A stretch of DNA of 64,000 nt from assembly GCA_951406725.2 (NCBI GenBank), contig OX597820.1, positions 12,710,001 through 12,774,000 on the forward strand, read 5' to 3'. This document shows positions 38,579 to 52,705 of this stretch, one piece after another (the stretch's first letter is position 1; the number at the start of each line of letters is the position of its first letter). Under the pieces are notes generated by a model that made no database searches, was not told the origin of the DNA, and saw only the letters and a program-made list of their open reading frames with translations. This DNA comes from Octopus vulgaris (lineage: Eukaryota). The position numbers were made by a program, and so were the translations under genes.

Positions 38579-39668
38579 GCATGAATATTTTCATAGCTGA
38601 GAAAGAAAATAAGATTAAATATTACTTTCTGTATCAGGCATTTATTTTTCTTGAACCATCTGTTTTCTGAACAGCAATGATATACGAAAGGTGTAATTAC
38701 TTCTGTAGCTATCTCCTTCATAGTTCACATATCATTTAAATAATACATATGTATTTGTATGTATATGTGTATGTGTGTGTGTGTGTGTGTACGTTTCTGT
38801 GTATGCATATGTACCTGTGTATGTATGTAAGTGGTGACGATGCGTATGAGCTTATGTTAAACGTGTGTGAGAATTATGTGTTTGCGTAAGATGATTCGAT
38901 TTCGTTCCCTTTGGTATTTGCTGCATTATCGCCATAACATAATTATCAGGAAAACGTGAAGCAATTATCTTAAAATTAGTAGATACATAGCTAAATACCT
39001 ACAGTTAATGGCCATTGTTCTTTTTTTATTGTTCTTTAACGATATTTCCTTAGTTTACGCGCAGTTTCTGGCGTTCAGTACTGTTGTAATACACCCTCAT
39101 ACACGCTGTTCTCAATATTTACAAATTTTTACAATATCCCTTTATCAAACGAGGTTTTAATATTTTACCATCAAAATAACAAATATACCGTTGCGAAAAA
39201 ATTTAACCCATTATGAAAAGCTATTTTGAAAGAAAACTAAAACGAAAATTAATTCAATTAGAATTGAAAATAAAACTATTGAATTCACATCCTGTCTGAA
39301 ATTACGCTGATTATTAAAAACGAAATAAGATTAGATGGTCGGTAAATACTTCAAAAGCAAATCATTATTAAAATCAAATATATAAAAACAACCGGAAATT
39401 AAATAAAACCATTTCTTTTTGTAAAACAAGAGAATCGTAACAGTGGAAATCGACTTAGCGCAATGACATTTTTCTGATTTTTATTTTCCTATGTATATCT
39501 TTAATTCAACCAATCGAAAATTTTCTTTCCTAAAATTTCTTTCGGATTGTTTTAATATAATTGATAAATTTACTGCGGTCGACCAGTGCTGTAGACTGAA
39601 CTCAATTCGCCGAATAACCGTGTGTGAATCCACAGTGAATATCCATCTTCAATTATTCTACTTCATTT

Positions 39669-39890
39669 CCTATTTCTTTACTACCCACCAGGGGTTAAAC
39701 ACTGAGGGGACGAATAAGGAGAGACAAAGAGATTAAGTCGATTACATCAACCCTAGTGCGTAACTGGTACTTAATCTATCGACCCCGAAAGGATGAAAGG
39801 CAAAGTCGACCTCGGCGGAATTTGAACTCACAACGTAACGGCAGACGAAATACCGCTAAGCATTTCGCCCGGCGTGCTAACGTTTCTGCC
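39669..39890 (-). mobile_element. SINE family B
   Basis: Reverse complement of family B. Confidence 0.85.
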
Positions 39891-39974
39891 ACGATCCTAA
39901 TCTCTTTGAGAAGGGTATGACTAACAAGTGAATAAAGTATCTATATATTACTAATATAAATACAAAACATTTTT

Positions 39975-40510
39975 CCATACATCATCCTGTGATGTGCCTT
40001 GATACATCATTAGTAATGATTCCTTGGGTCATTAGGTGTTTTGAGTCTTTCATCATGAGACACCCGGACCAAAATGATCCCTTCGAGCTTGATCAAGCCC
40101 CTGCTAGTGGCCAGTCAGCACTGCACTTCGCAGCGCTTCCCCTTTCAGATTAATACCTGCTTATCCATTGCTAACTCGAAGTAAATCTGCGGCCTCCACA
40201 GCCATCCTATAGAGGTAGCAGAGTTCCTTACAGACCTGTGTGATTCTAAGCATATCGTAACCTCTACAGACGGACGGGTCATCATATCCTCAGCATCTCA
40301 TTTCAATGCGATTGCACATTGCTTGCCACTCTTTGCTTTCACATGACACAACTACCTTAGTATATTTCCTTCTCCAACTCTCGTTTAACTCATCCATTCG
40401 ACCCTCCCAGGGAACGAAGAGTTCTAACAGAGTCACCTGCTTGGATGCATCTGAGAGCAGCATCATATCCAGCTGCGGTGTTGTCGAGGCGCCACTTCAC
40501 TCTCCTAAGT
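39975..40510 (-). mobile_element. 3' end of restriction-like-endonuclease non-LTR retrotransposon (HERO/NeSL-like)
   Basis: TTPQLDMMLLSDASKQVTLLELFVPWEGRMDE..KYTKVVVSCESKEW matches the RLE PD..ELxVPWE..KY motif; 3'UTR follows. Confidence 0.75.
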
Positions 40511-40534
40511 AGGAATTCGTTTATACTTTACATA

Positions 40535-41175
40535 GGCGCAGGAGTGGCTGTGTGGTAAGTAGCTTGCTTACCAGCCACATGGTTCCGGCTACAATCCTAC
40601 TGCGTGGCACCTTGGGCAAGTGTCTTCTACTATAGCCATGGGCCGTCCTAAGCCTTGTGAGTGGATTTGGTAGACGGAAAGTAAAAGAAGCCCGTCGTAT
40701 ATATATATATATATATATATATTTTACTTGTTTCAGTCATTTGACTGCGGCCATGCTGGAGCACCGCCTTTAGTCGAGCAAATCGACCCCGGGACTTATT
40801 CTTTGTAAGCCCAGTACTTATTCTATCGGTCTCTTTTGCCGAACCGCTAAGTGGCGGGGACGTAAACACACCAGCATCGGTTGTCAAGCAATGCTAGGGG
40901 GCCAAACACAGACACACACACACATACATATATATATATACATATATACGACGGGCTTCTTTGAGTTTCCGTCTACCAAATCCACTCACTAGGCATTGGT
41001 CGGCCCGGGGCTATAGCAGAAGACACTTGCCCAAGATGCCACGCTGTGGGACTGAACCCGTAACTTAGTGGTTCGGCAAATAAGACCGATAGAATAAGTA
41101 CTAGGCATACAAAGTATAAGTCCTGGGGGTCGATTTGCTTGACGAAAGGCTGTGCTCCAGCACGGCCACAGTAAA
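40535..41175. mobile_element. SINE family A (+) interrupted by a family A copy (-)
   Basis: + head 40535-40698, (TA)n, minus copy about 40722-41058, + tail 41058-41175. Confidence 0.82.
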
Positions 41176-41573
41176 AGAATACTTTAGAGTTTACGATAAA
41201 AAGCAAATGCTAAACGTTTAGCAAGTAACCTTTGAAATCTATAATCGGATTCAGATCTACCATTCATAAAGAACTAAATAGGACGTTTTTACAAACGAAA
41301 TCATTATTGCCCAACTGAGCCACCATGAACCGATACTGATTTGAGAGCAATTGTTTATTTAATTATTTACACATTTATTACTTAATCAGTTTAAGCAACC
41401 GTCTAAGCTGGTAGCCATGACAGACTACAGAAAAGCAGCAGCTAATATTTCTTATATTTGTGTGTGCCGTGCGTGTGCGGAGGGGGAATCGTAGCGTAGC
41501 TCACAGCGTGCCTTGGCCAAAGCCAATCTCCTAGAAACTATCGTTCTACATATCTACGATATACATACATACT

Positions 41574-41644
<71 letters not shown>

Positions 41645-41645
<1 letters not shown>

Positions 41646-41728
41646 CTTTATTTAAGGCAGCAGAAAATTCAACAAAACCTGTTACTCTGAGTTTCCCGTT
41701 GCCGTTCATCGAACAGAGTTGGCTAGAA
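41645..41728 (-). mobile_element. (TA)n-embedded pLTR fragment with hammerhead-like motif
   Basis: Homologous to 59063-59143; minus strand CUGU-UCGAUGA-ACGGCAACGG-GAAA-CUCAGAG-UA-ACAG. Confidence 0.7.
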
Positions 41729-41729
41729 T

Positions 41730-42332
<603 letters not shown>

Positions 42333-42604
42333 CATGCATACATACATACATACAAACATACATACATACATACATACATACACACATACATACATGAATA
42401 CATACATACATGCATACATACATACATGCATACATACATAAATACATACATACATACACACATCCTTAAATCCTTAAAAATGTTTTAGCGCGAAGGCTGC
42501 GGCCATGCTGGGGCACCACATAGATATACATACACATATACTTACATGCATACATATATATGTATATATGTATTTATATATATATATAAGTATATATATG
42601 TATG

Positions 42605-42674
<70 letters not shown>

Positions 42675-42720
42675 CATTGACAGAGAGAGATAGACAGACA
42701 GACAGATAGATAGATAGATT

Positions 42721-42776
<56 letters not shown>

Positions 42777-43049
42777 CATACAAATGGTTTAACAAGTTTT
42801 TACAATGAAAAGTCCGTCGAAATTTTAATTCTTAGGAAGAGTCGGACGGTGTTCAAAAATGAGAAATTTACCAGAATACTTAACACAATACAATGGTGCG
42901 CGCATGCTGTTAACATTTAACTCCATGTCAGCTTTTCTAGATCAGTTGATAGACGGTATTCTAGTTGTGACTCTGCGCCTTCTCTTAAGATGCTGTGTTT
43001 CTAGGACCTTATGCAGATATGGCCATATACAACATATAAAGTTTCGCCT

Positions 43050-43420
43050 GCGACGTAAGAGCTTTGTTTCCGAACCACAGGGGTCCGAGTTCACTCCCAC
43101 TGTGTGGCATCTTGGGCAGCTGTTTTCTACAAGACCTTCCGGCCGACCAAAGCTGTGGATTAGGTAGACGGAAACTGAAAGACGCATTTTTGTTTCTTTA
43201 TGTTTGTACTTGTCCGCCACCACCGCGCTTGACATCCGGTGTTCCTGTATTTACGTCCTCCGTAACCTAGCGGTTCGGCAAAAATAGGAAACCGATAGAA
43301 TACTCAACATGCTTTAAAAATTTATAAGTACAGGGGTTAATTTGCTCTACTAAAGTTCTTCAAGGTGGCGCCCCATTATGGCCGCAGACTGATGACTGAA
43401 AATGTAAAAGATAAAAAGAT
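43050..43420 (+). mobile_element. diverged SINE family A
   Basis: GAGTTCACTCCCACTGTGTGGCATCTTGGGCAG..GGTAGACGGAAACTG..ATGGCCGCAG. Confidence 0.72.
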
Positions 43421-44617
43421 ATAAGACATTTGTTGTGGTAATGTCGACCAATGTATGAGTCAAACGCTGAACATGGTGCAAATGATTTTATGTGACGCTT
43501 TTCTGTTTCATTTTCTGAACACGCATATATTTTATCCATGATCTATATTAGTTTCCATAAAAAGAAAACACGTCCGTCGTATCTGTTTAAAAAGCGATGA
43601 TAGGATTTAAGACAGCGTGGTTCAAATTAAGCAATTGCATTTGTATAGAATCACATTATCACTTTAAAACATACAGCTGACAAAACTCGTGCTATATTCA
43701 CTTGGTGAAAATAGTGAATATGATTAACGAAGTCCTGTGTCCTATAAATGTAACCACATAAATGATGCTGTTTCATCGTAACTTAGACGTCGATGTAAGA
43801 CGTAAGACTTTGATAATTATAAATACTTTTATGAAAGAATAAGAGTAATACAGCAATGATTGAAACAAAGTATCAATAATACATTAATCAATAAATCAAA
43901 AATAATAAGACAAGACGAAATATAGCAAAATATTAATAGAACAGAAATGAATGTAAGTATATTTGTGTTTTAAATGGCTATAACACAACACTAAGACGAT
44001 TGAAGTTTTATGTACAGCATAGAAGAAATTCTATTCGTTGAACATTAAACATATTCTCGAGATGTTATATCGGAAACCTTTTCATTGATATCATTAGAAG
44101 CGCATTAACGATCTAAGTGAAAATAAATTGGTTGCAAGGAGAAATCAGAAAACAAAAAGTGCTACGCATATAGCTATAACTCAGAATAAATGCTTAGTTC
44201 AAGTCATCTTTTATAGTTAGTTTTTTTCTTCTTAAATTATGGTTATCTTTATAACATTTCCCATCAATTCACTTTAGTTAATTTATTTCATTCTTATTGC
44301 AGCTATTTTTTCAAAACATTTACGTTGTTTATTACTTTATATAGTTTACTTTTTTTCTCCACTGTACTCCAGGTTTCTTTAAGATATAAAATTAGCTAAT
44401 TATACATCAGTTTGAACATTTTTCGATGTATTATTCTTATAACTTATAGGCAATCAATTTCTTCTACTAACACAACAAGCATTTCAGAATCTAATTTATT
44501 TAATCGAAATACCGTTTCCTTTAAAAACATTTCCGAAAGCAACAAATGATCGAATTTGAAATCCTACCAAAAATGGGCTCAATTATTTGTTTTATATCTG
44601 CTGTGGTAATTAAGACA

Positions 44618-45004
44618 GGAGGCGCAATGGCCCAGTGGTTAGGGCAGCGGACTCGCGGTCATAGGATCGCGGTTTCGATTCCCAGACCGGGCGTTGTGAG
44701 TGTTTATTGAGCGAAAACACCTAAAAGCTCCACGAGGCTCCGGCAGGGGATGGTGGTGATCCCTGCTGTACTCTTTCACCACAACTTTCTCTCAACCTTA
44801 CTTCCTGTTTCTGTTGTACCTGTATTTCAAAGGGCCGGCCTTGTCACTCTCTGTGTCACGCTGAATATCCCCGAGAACTACGTTAAGGGTACACGTGTAT
44901 GTGGGGTGCTCAGCCACTTACACGTTAATTTCACGAGCAGGCTGTTCCGTTGATTCGGATCAACCGGAACCCTCATCGTCGTAACCGACGGAGTACTTCC
45001 ATCC
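44618..45004 (+). mobile_element. full-length SINE family C with 10-bp TSD
   Basis: AATTAAGACA at 44608-44617 and 45005-45014. Confidence 0.92.
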
Positions 45005-45414
45005 AATTAAGACAAGGAACTGGCAGAACTTCCATAGCGTCTAACAGAAAAGATGCAGCCGTAAATAGTCACGCGCGTTTAGCAATTCTATTAAAATACT
45101 TTCTTGAACAATAAAATGAACAACTTTCCATAATTGAGGTCAATGAAAGAGTAATCAATTGACCTCAATACTCTGCATCTAAACTTTTAGAAAAAAGACG
45201 ATGAATGATGGTTCTCATTAAAGACACCGAGAGATAAAAATCAGTAGGTTTTTTTTTTTTTTGTAACTAATGGATCCCAGTTTTATCAACAATATACACA
45301 AATAAAATATTCCGTTACAGAATCACCAAAAGCAATAATTTAACTAAACCTTAGAGCATTAGATTTCCACAAGATGTGATGAAACAATTCAGATAATATA
45401 GTTTTATTTCATAA

Positions 45415-45805
45415 CTAGCAGTATAGCCCAGCGTTGCTCGTGCTTGTTTTCTTTTCGACCGTTTAGAATTTTGAAAAGTAAAAATTTTGCATTATGTAGC
45501 TTGTTATTCTCTTTAAGTGAACATTTTTCTGATTGAAATACACCGAAAATTGGCGACACAGCAGTCAAAAAATCGTAAAAAATAGGGATTTTCATAGAAA
45601 AAAAGCACCTCTTTGATGTAAATAATTTTTGGTGTTAACATGGTCCGATTTAAATTTTTTCTTCTACGGAAGGAAGAGCAAGCCTTCTTCTATCATACTG
45701 TCAATTTTGGTCAACTTGCGCTGCAGGGTCTCGGAGGGGATAGTGTTAGTTGAAGTCTACCAAACCTGCCATACACAGACAACTTCAGCTTTACTTATAT
45801 AGAGA
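45415..45805 (-). mobile_element. Helitron-like element (same termini, different interior)
   Basis: 3' GAGCAACGCTGGGCTATACTGCTAG|T; 5' TCTCTATATAAG..GTCTGTG. Confidence 0.65.
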
Positions 45806-46047
45806 TAAGATCCCTGCATCGAAATAAACTGAACAGGAAATACACCCTCTCCCTATTGAGAGAAAGACACAAATTTATTAGAACATATCTCATTCCAAAC
45901 AATCAATTTGAGAAATTAAATTACATTAAATTAAAGTTTCCTCTTTAATATTGCTACTTGGATACTTTGTCAGGGGAAGAATTCGATAGAAAAGAGATAC
46001 ATTCCAATGCGTTGGTACATCCTTGATAGATTCAGATATGTGCGTTT

Positions 46048-46371
46048 TTGGTTTACAATATTCCTAGAGGATTATCTAATTTATCATCTAGTAAGGATAT
46101 CTTTGACAAAAACGCAGACTGTTATAACGCGGCATTCAGTAAAGCTGGGTATAATCAGAAGTTAAAGTACTACGCACAAAATTTGAACCTCATTGGAGTT
46201 ACTCACGGTTGAATAATTTTAAAGGACGAAAAAGTAATAAATGGAGACAATAAAAATGAACGTGCAATAGATAATAATGATATGCAAGATATGAAAAATA
46301 TTTTATTGCTTCCTACGTCGGATAATGCTCGTAAAATTTCTAATAGTAATAACAGAATAAAGCGACACACC

Positions 46372-46409
<38 letters not shown>

Positions 46410-47535
46410 GCGTGGTCTGATTAATAAGTATCAGAACTGTTGCCATAGTAACGAAGCCAAGGCACGCAGAGTGAATCCACTCGACACAGATTGACCTCGA
46501 GCAATGCTGAGCATGCACACTAAGTGTTCGGCTATAGCTTGCTTCCTCTGTTTATAGCATTGCTTGGAAGGAAGGGGTGTAGCGTGTGATCGTCACATTG
46601 ACCATGATAAAGAAAATTTAGCAGAGAATCTGCATCAAATTTTGCCAAAAGCTTGGCGATACCTGCTTAGAGAACTACACAAAGTTTTCAAAAAGTTTTC
46701 ATCGTTCTCGACACAATCAACGAGATCTTGTGCAACGGAAACTCGAGAGTCTTCTTTTGTCAGCCGAAAGCATTTTGGCACAAACTTGGCAGACACGTGT
46801 CTCATATCCACGTCTTCAGTGATAATAGACTGAACTGAACCGTAAATAATCTGCACATCCTCTAGTAACTCACTGATCGGGATTCGACGAGTCCCCTCAC
46901 AGTTGCACGCACATCCGCGATGGTTTTCTCAGTTCTGTTGTTCACGTGCATCACTACCGACATTTTTCGGCCATCTTGGAAACGTCTGGACCATTCGTAC
47001 ACTTGTGTGTTGTTCATATACTTCTCTCCATACACTTTTTGCAACTTTGCGTAGACCTCTGAGCAGGTATCGCCATGACAATTTTCTCTGTCATGATCAA
47101 TGCGACGATCACACGCTACACATTTTCCTTCCAAGCACTGCTGTGAACAGCAGAAGTGATCTAGAACGTCAAAATCTAGAACGCATGTACAGCAGAGGTC
47201 AAGGTCAATTTTTGGCAAGCGGCTTTACTCTGCGTGCTTTAGCTTCGTTACTGTGGTAACAGTCTGGATATTTATTTATCAGACCTTGTATACTAAGGTT
47301 AGAAAATTTTAAAATTGTAATGTATCTTCTGATAAGAGCTATATTATTTGGTTCATTATTCCATTCGCTAAAAAGATTAGGAATAATTTGTTTGGATCTT
47401 TATATAAGCTATTTTCTAAACATTTTACCAAAGAAAAAATAGATATTATGATGGCATTAACGCCAGTTTTCTCCAGGTGGCTTTTTCTGATTCTAAAAAT
47501 TTATCCCAAATTATTTCTTCCCTTAGCAATTAACA
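46048..47535 (+). pseudogene. Penelope-like ORF fragment (RT thumb/linker) split by a mariner insertion
   Basis: LVYNIPRGLSNLSSSKDIFDKNADCYNAAFSKAGYNQKLKY (46048-46172) and IIWFIIPFAKKIRNNLFGSLYKLFSKHF..YYDGINASFLQVAFSDSKNLSQIISS (47340-47530). Confidence 0.75.
46411..47288 (-). mobile_element. fold-back mariner derivative
   Basis: Inverted ends C(GT/AA)GGTCTGAT(T/A)AATAA..GTAACGAAGC..GCACGCAGAGT. Minus-strand transposase N-terminus VYEWSRRFQDGR..VSAKFVPK. Confidence 0.85.
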
Positions 47536-47684
47536 ATAATATACCCATATTTATCAATGCGAAGTAACATCTTTCGATGCTGACATCCCTTTAAGAGGAT
47601 TTTATATACTTGACTTAATTATATATATATATATATCTTCTTCTTCTTCTTCTTCTTCTTCTTCTTCTTCTTCTTCTTCTTCTT

Positions 47685-47745
<61 letters not shown>

Positions 47746-47816
47746 GGGAATATTACTTCCGAGTACACAGGAAAAAAGACATTCAAATTAAATGTACTAA
47801 AATGAACACCACTCAA

Positions 47817-47915
47817 TGGAGGCTATAGTAGAAGACACTGGTCCAAGGTGCCATGCAGTGGTACTGAACCCTGTGGTTCGTAAGCAAGCTACTTACCACG
47901 CAGCCACTCCTACCC
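47817..47915 (-). mobile_element. SINE family A head fragment
   Basis: Reverse complement GGAGTGGCTGCGTGGTAAGTAGC..GGTTCAGT. Confidence 0.75.
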
Positions 47916-47919
47916 CTAT

Positions 47920-48085
47920 AGTGAATTCTGTTTTGCCTTTCTTTAAAACTCTTCATCCATCGATGCACATTGCCTTTGCCAATAATGTTATCTCCGTCAA
48001 CAACCTGTAGCCTTCTCTGCATATTTGAAAACACGTACCCTACTTCGTCAAGAATTTAATGGTGGCATGTTGCTTGTGCATGGAA
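47920..48085 (-). pseudogene. mariner transposase HTH fragment
   Basis: QHATIKFL / MQRRLQVVDGDNIIGKGNVHRWMKSFKE. Confidence 0.6.
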
Positions 48086-48251
48086 TCCATTTTTTATCTG
48101 CTATAAAGAAGAAGAAGCAGATTTGATATTGAGAAAGTGTTGTCCTAGAAACATGTGCAATTCTAGCGATCTATGTCAGCTAATAAAAAAAATAAAGCCC
48201 ACATTTGCATTACTCTTGGGATATCCTTGTACATGTATGTATGTATGCATG

Positions 48252-48287
<36 letters not shown>

Positions 48288-49147
48288 TGTATGTATGTAT
48301 GTATGTATGTATACTGCAGATTGTGGATAATGGCCAGCTTGATTTACAGTAACACTGTAAAAAAGATCAATAAATGCAGCAAGAACGGCATAGAAGAACC
48401 ATCATTTTTCTAAATGTTGCAATAAATGGAACCAAACAAATAACCAAGTGATTTCGAATATGGATGTGAATTATATTCTGAATAATATTCTTCTGTATGT
48501 ATTATCGAAATAACTGGCACTTTCTTCAGATTCAATGGCATATTTACATTTTAGGTAGAGAGATTTGGCTTAATATACAAAACCGCGTTTCTAGCATACG
48601 GATGGATGGCTTTTTTTCTTTGAAGAATGAATAGAATGTAAGTTTCATTAACGTTAGCAGTGAAAGGAAATGGATCAATGACAATGCTATGCATTTCTGG
48701 CAAAGACTTCACGTAGGATAGCATGGAAGGAAAATTACAAGAACAAGAACAAATGCGATTTACTGAAGGATGTCGAAACCACGGATAACAAAGGGGAAAG
48801 AAATGCAATGGAGACGATTGCAACATCAAGACGAAATTCTACAAATCAGTGCAATAATTAACACAAATATCAAAAGGAAATATGATTTTCTTTTGTATGG
48901 TTGCAGAAAGAACAGAGGGTATATTGTAATGTATAAAAGAAGAGAGTTTCTGAATTAGCAACACTCACTTCCAGAATATAATAGGTTACGAGTATCGTTT
49001 CACACTAGAATAGCCATAAATACTACACGTATGTCCATATAGACGCATATATTTCAACATGTACGTGTGTATATAAATACACACATACACACACATACAT
49101 ACACACTCACACAAACACACAATATATCTATATACACACATATATAT

Positions 49148-49228
<81 letters not shown>

Positions 49229-49479
49229 TGTATGTATGTATGTATATGCATACATATGTATATATGTGTATATACATATATATATAAATTTTGTGTATAG
49301 TAACATAGTTTGGGGAGAAATAACCAGTTTTGTACTTTCTTTTCAAATTTCTCAAATTTATTTACCTACATCGTGTCCTGTCTTCGCTATGTTTTGAAAT
49401 ATGGGGTTCCAGGCAGGGAAAGATAATCAGGGATTTCTTCCGGTACAAGGGAGATAATGAAACATGTTGGGCATGACTG

Positions 49480-49693
49480 GGCCTGCTAAACAATTTCTGG
49501 CTTTGGGTAAAAGAAAATATAGGGGGATCAGTTAATTATGATTTTATTCAACATATTCCTCTCTCAGATTTACACTTTTGTAGCGGTTCTTTAGCTTTTC
49601 TAAACCTTGCAAAAGGACTCGGATGGTTGGAGCTCCTCCAACCAGGACTTTCCTGACACCCTTAAGGCCAGGAACTTTTCATCATCCCCTTGT
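49480..49693 (+). mobile_element. mariner-type MITE
   Basis: Homologous to 12266-12479. Confidence 0.65.
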
Positions 49694-50049
49694 ACCTACG
49701 TATACATTCATACTTCTATACACATATACGTACGAATTTGAAAGTTGCTTCAAGCATTCAAGAGTAAACACGCATATAAAAAGGAGCAGTGATTTACAAA
49801 GCTGTAATAATGCGTTTTGGATTTCGAACTAGACCAAGAAAAACATTTTAAAATCCTAATGTTCCGGTCGAAAAAGCATTTACACGTTGACTTTACAGAA
49901 CAGTAAACCTTCCAGGGATCTCAGAATTTCTATCTGTACGACTATAAATAATCAGCAAACTTGTGAAATGCCGACAAAGTCGACGATATTTCGATTCGAA
50001 GATATGTAGAATTCTCCCTGTGCTGCTTATCAATAATTTCACCAGTTAA

Positions 50050-50682
50050 GGCGGCGAGCTGGCAGAAACGTTAGCACGCCGGGCGAAATGAGTTCAAATT
50101 ACGCCGAGGTCGACTTTACCTTTCTTCCTTTCGGGGGTCGATTAAATAAGTACCAGTTACGCACTGGGGTCGATGTAATCGACTTAATCCGTTTGTCTGT
50201 CCTTGTTTGTCCTCTCTGTGTTTAGCAACTTGTGGGTAGTAAAGAAAGAGGTATTTCGTCTGCTGCTACGTTCTGAGTTCAAATTCCGCCGAAGTCGACT
50301 TTGCCTTTCATCCTTTCGGGGTTCGATATAATCGACTTAATCCGTTTGTCTGTCCTTGTTTGCCCCCTCTGTGTGTAGCTCCTTGTGGGCAGTAAAGAAA
50401 TAGGTATTTTGTCTCTCTTTACGTTCTGAGTTCAAATTCCCCCGAAGTCAACTTTGCTTTGTTGACTAAGTACCAGTCACGCATTGGGGTCGATGTAATC
50501 GACTTAATCCCTTTGTCTGTCCTCCTCTGTCCCCTCATTGTTTAGCCTTTTGTGGGCCATAAAGAAATTAGAAACATTAGCACATCGAGTGAAATGTCTT
50601 TACGCTCTAAGTTCAAATTTCACCGAAGTCGACTTCGCCTTTCATTCTTTCGGTGTCGACAAATTAAATACCAGTTGCGTAC
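50050..50682 (+). mobile_element. SINE family B, multi-unit composite
   Basis: Head at 50050, then about four degenerate body units. Confidence 0.82.
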
Positions 50683-50684
50683 TA

Positions 50685-50845
50685 CACATTCTTTATTTTC
50701 TCACCTTATTTCTTTCTGTGTTCCTTTCTGTGGAAGAGCGTAGGTTTGAAACGTTAAAGACTTTCAAACTTCCCGAGCGTTAAACTAATACATCTGTTTG
50801 TCGACTACACCACCTCATCTTCGTCTTTTTTTTTATGAATACTCC

Positions 50846-50850
<5 letters not shown>
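50685..50850 (+). mobile_element. short element with minimal hammerhead-like motif
   Basis: CCUUU-CUGUGGA-A-GAGC-GUAG-GUUU-GAAA-CG-UU-AAAGA at 50723-50760; ends at (TA)n. Confidence 0.6.
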
Positions 50851-50914
<64 letters not shown>

Positions 50915-51417
50915 TGTATGCGTGTGTGTTTGTGTGTTCGTGAATCAGATAAAATAATGGGTGGAGTGTAACTAGCACTTCACATTGGTGGATTAAACTA
51001 AGAAATGTTATGTAATTCGAGAAAGGTCTCTGCACAGCTTGGGTGCGACAGTAACAACCGTTGAGATGTAGCTAGTGTTAGTCTCTTAATCTATTTAGCT
51101 AGCGGCGAATTAAGCTTCGAATTTGATACATAACAGCTCACGCCATATTATTTTCAATAGATATATGAATAATGTAATTCATATATGACCCGAAGAAAAA
51201 TAAAGAAGTAAATTCTAATTTACCTAACAAGGTTAATTAGCTTATTTTGCTTGTCTGCCTGATTGGCGATCGATTGACATAAGTATTGATCGATCTGTAG
51301 CTTGACTCGATACTGTTAATTAGATACTAGGCTTGTATTCCATTTTCAAAAAAGCTGCTAGCGTATTAGTTTTTCTTCGAAACACGTCGCTCAGTTAACT
51401 GATGCATGTATACATGT

Positions 51418-51464
<47 letters not shown>

Positions 51465-51954
51465 TGTGTGTGTGTGTGTGTGTGTGTGTTTGCATGTGTG
51501 TTAGTGTATGTGTGTATGTGTGAATCAAGTTATACATAAAACTAATTAAGCATTGCATACAAATCATAGTCAGAATTTTTAAAGATAACATATATTAATT
51601 AATTTTTGCAGAAAAATGTTGACAGGGCCTACGATAAAAAGTTGAATATAATGAACACTTCGGAGTCACTGACAAACTTTTCGTTCCGCAGATTAATCAC
51701 ATATCTTTTCTCTTTTAGGTATTTCAGACATTGGAATGAGTCTGTGCAAGGGCATTCCATTCGAGAGATAAGTTGAATAAATCAACCCCAATATCTGTTT
51801 CTTGTAAAGACTGGCTCTAATTCTGTCGATATCGTTTGATAGGCTTCCATACAATTTCCGTGTACACGTTGTTCAAAAGGGACCTTCATAACCATAGAGC
51901 AATACATGCACCTAAGCATATTTACATACACATGTACATGCATACATACCTTCG

Positions 51955-51992
<38 letters not shown>

Positions 51993-52011
51993 ATATACAT
52001 ATATATTTATA

Positions 52012-52165
<154 letters not shown>

Positions 52166-52249
52166 TGGAAAAGGACCAAAGGTATTTTACCGAGTTATGG
52201 CTTCGTTAAAACGGTCCTGGATACTTCTGTGTATATTCACCCTTCCTCA

Positions 52250-52283
<34 letters not shown>

Positions 52284-52514
52284 GTGCGTGTGTGTGTGTG
52301 CGTGTGTGTCTATGTATGTATGTATATCATAATGATATTTATACTTCGAAGTGACAATTTTTAAATATGAACAAATGACTGAAAAACGATGAACTAATCT
52401 CAGGTGGAATCGAACTCACAAATCGACGCTTTCATGCCTGCTTGCGAATCTAATTGGCCAATCGCTCATCCATCAATTTCGGTCAAAGCCTTTCGGATTT
52501 GTTTATAAAATATG

Positions 52515-52705
52515 TTAGATCGTTAGCCACTAAATCTTTTTCATTTTGTCTCCCTGTGTATTTCTGTGTCCCCTTCTGTCGAAGAGCATAGGCTCGAAAT
52601 GTAAAAGACTTTCTCACTTCCCGAGCGTTAAACTAATACATCTGTTAGTTGTTTACAAACCCGCCTTCGTCTTTTCTTATTTTTTGTTTGTAAATTCTCA
52701 CTAGC
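52515..52705 (+). mobile_element. short element with minimal hammerhead-like motif
   Basis: CCCUU-CUGUCGA-A-GAGC-AUAG-GCUC-GAAA-UG-UA-AAAGA at 52571-52608. Confidence 0.6.
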
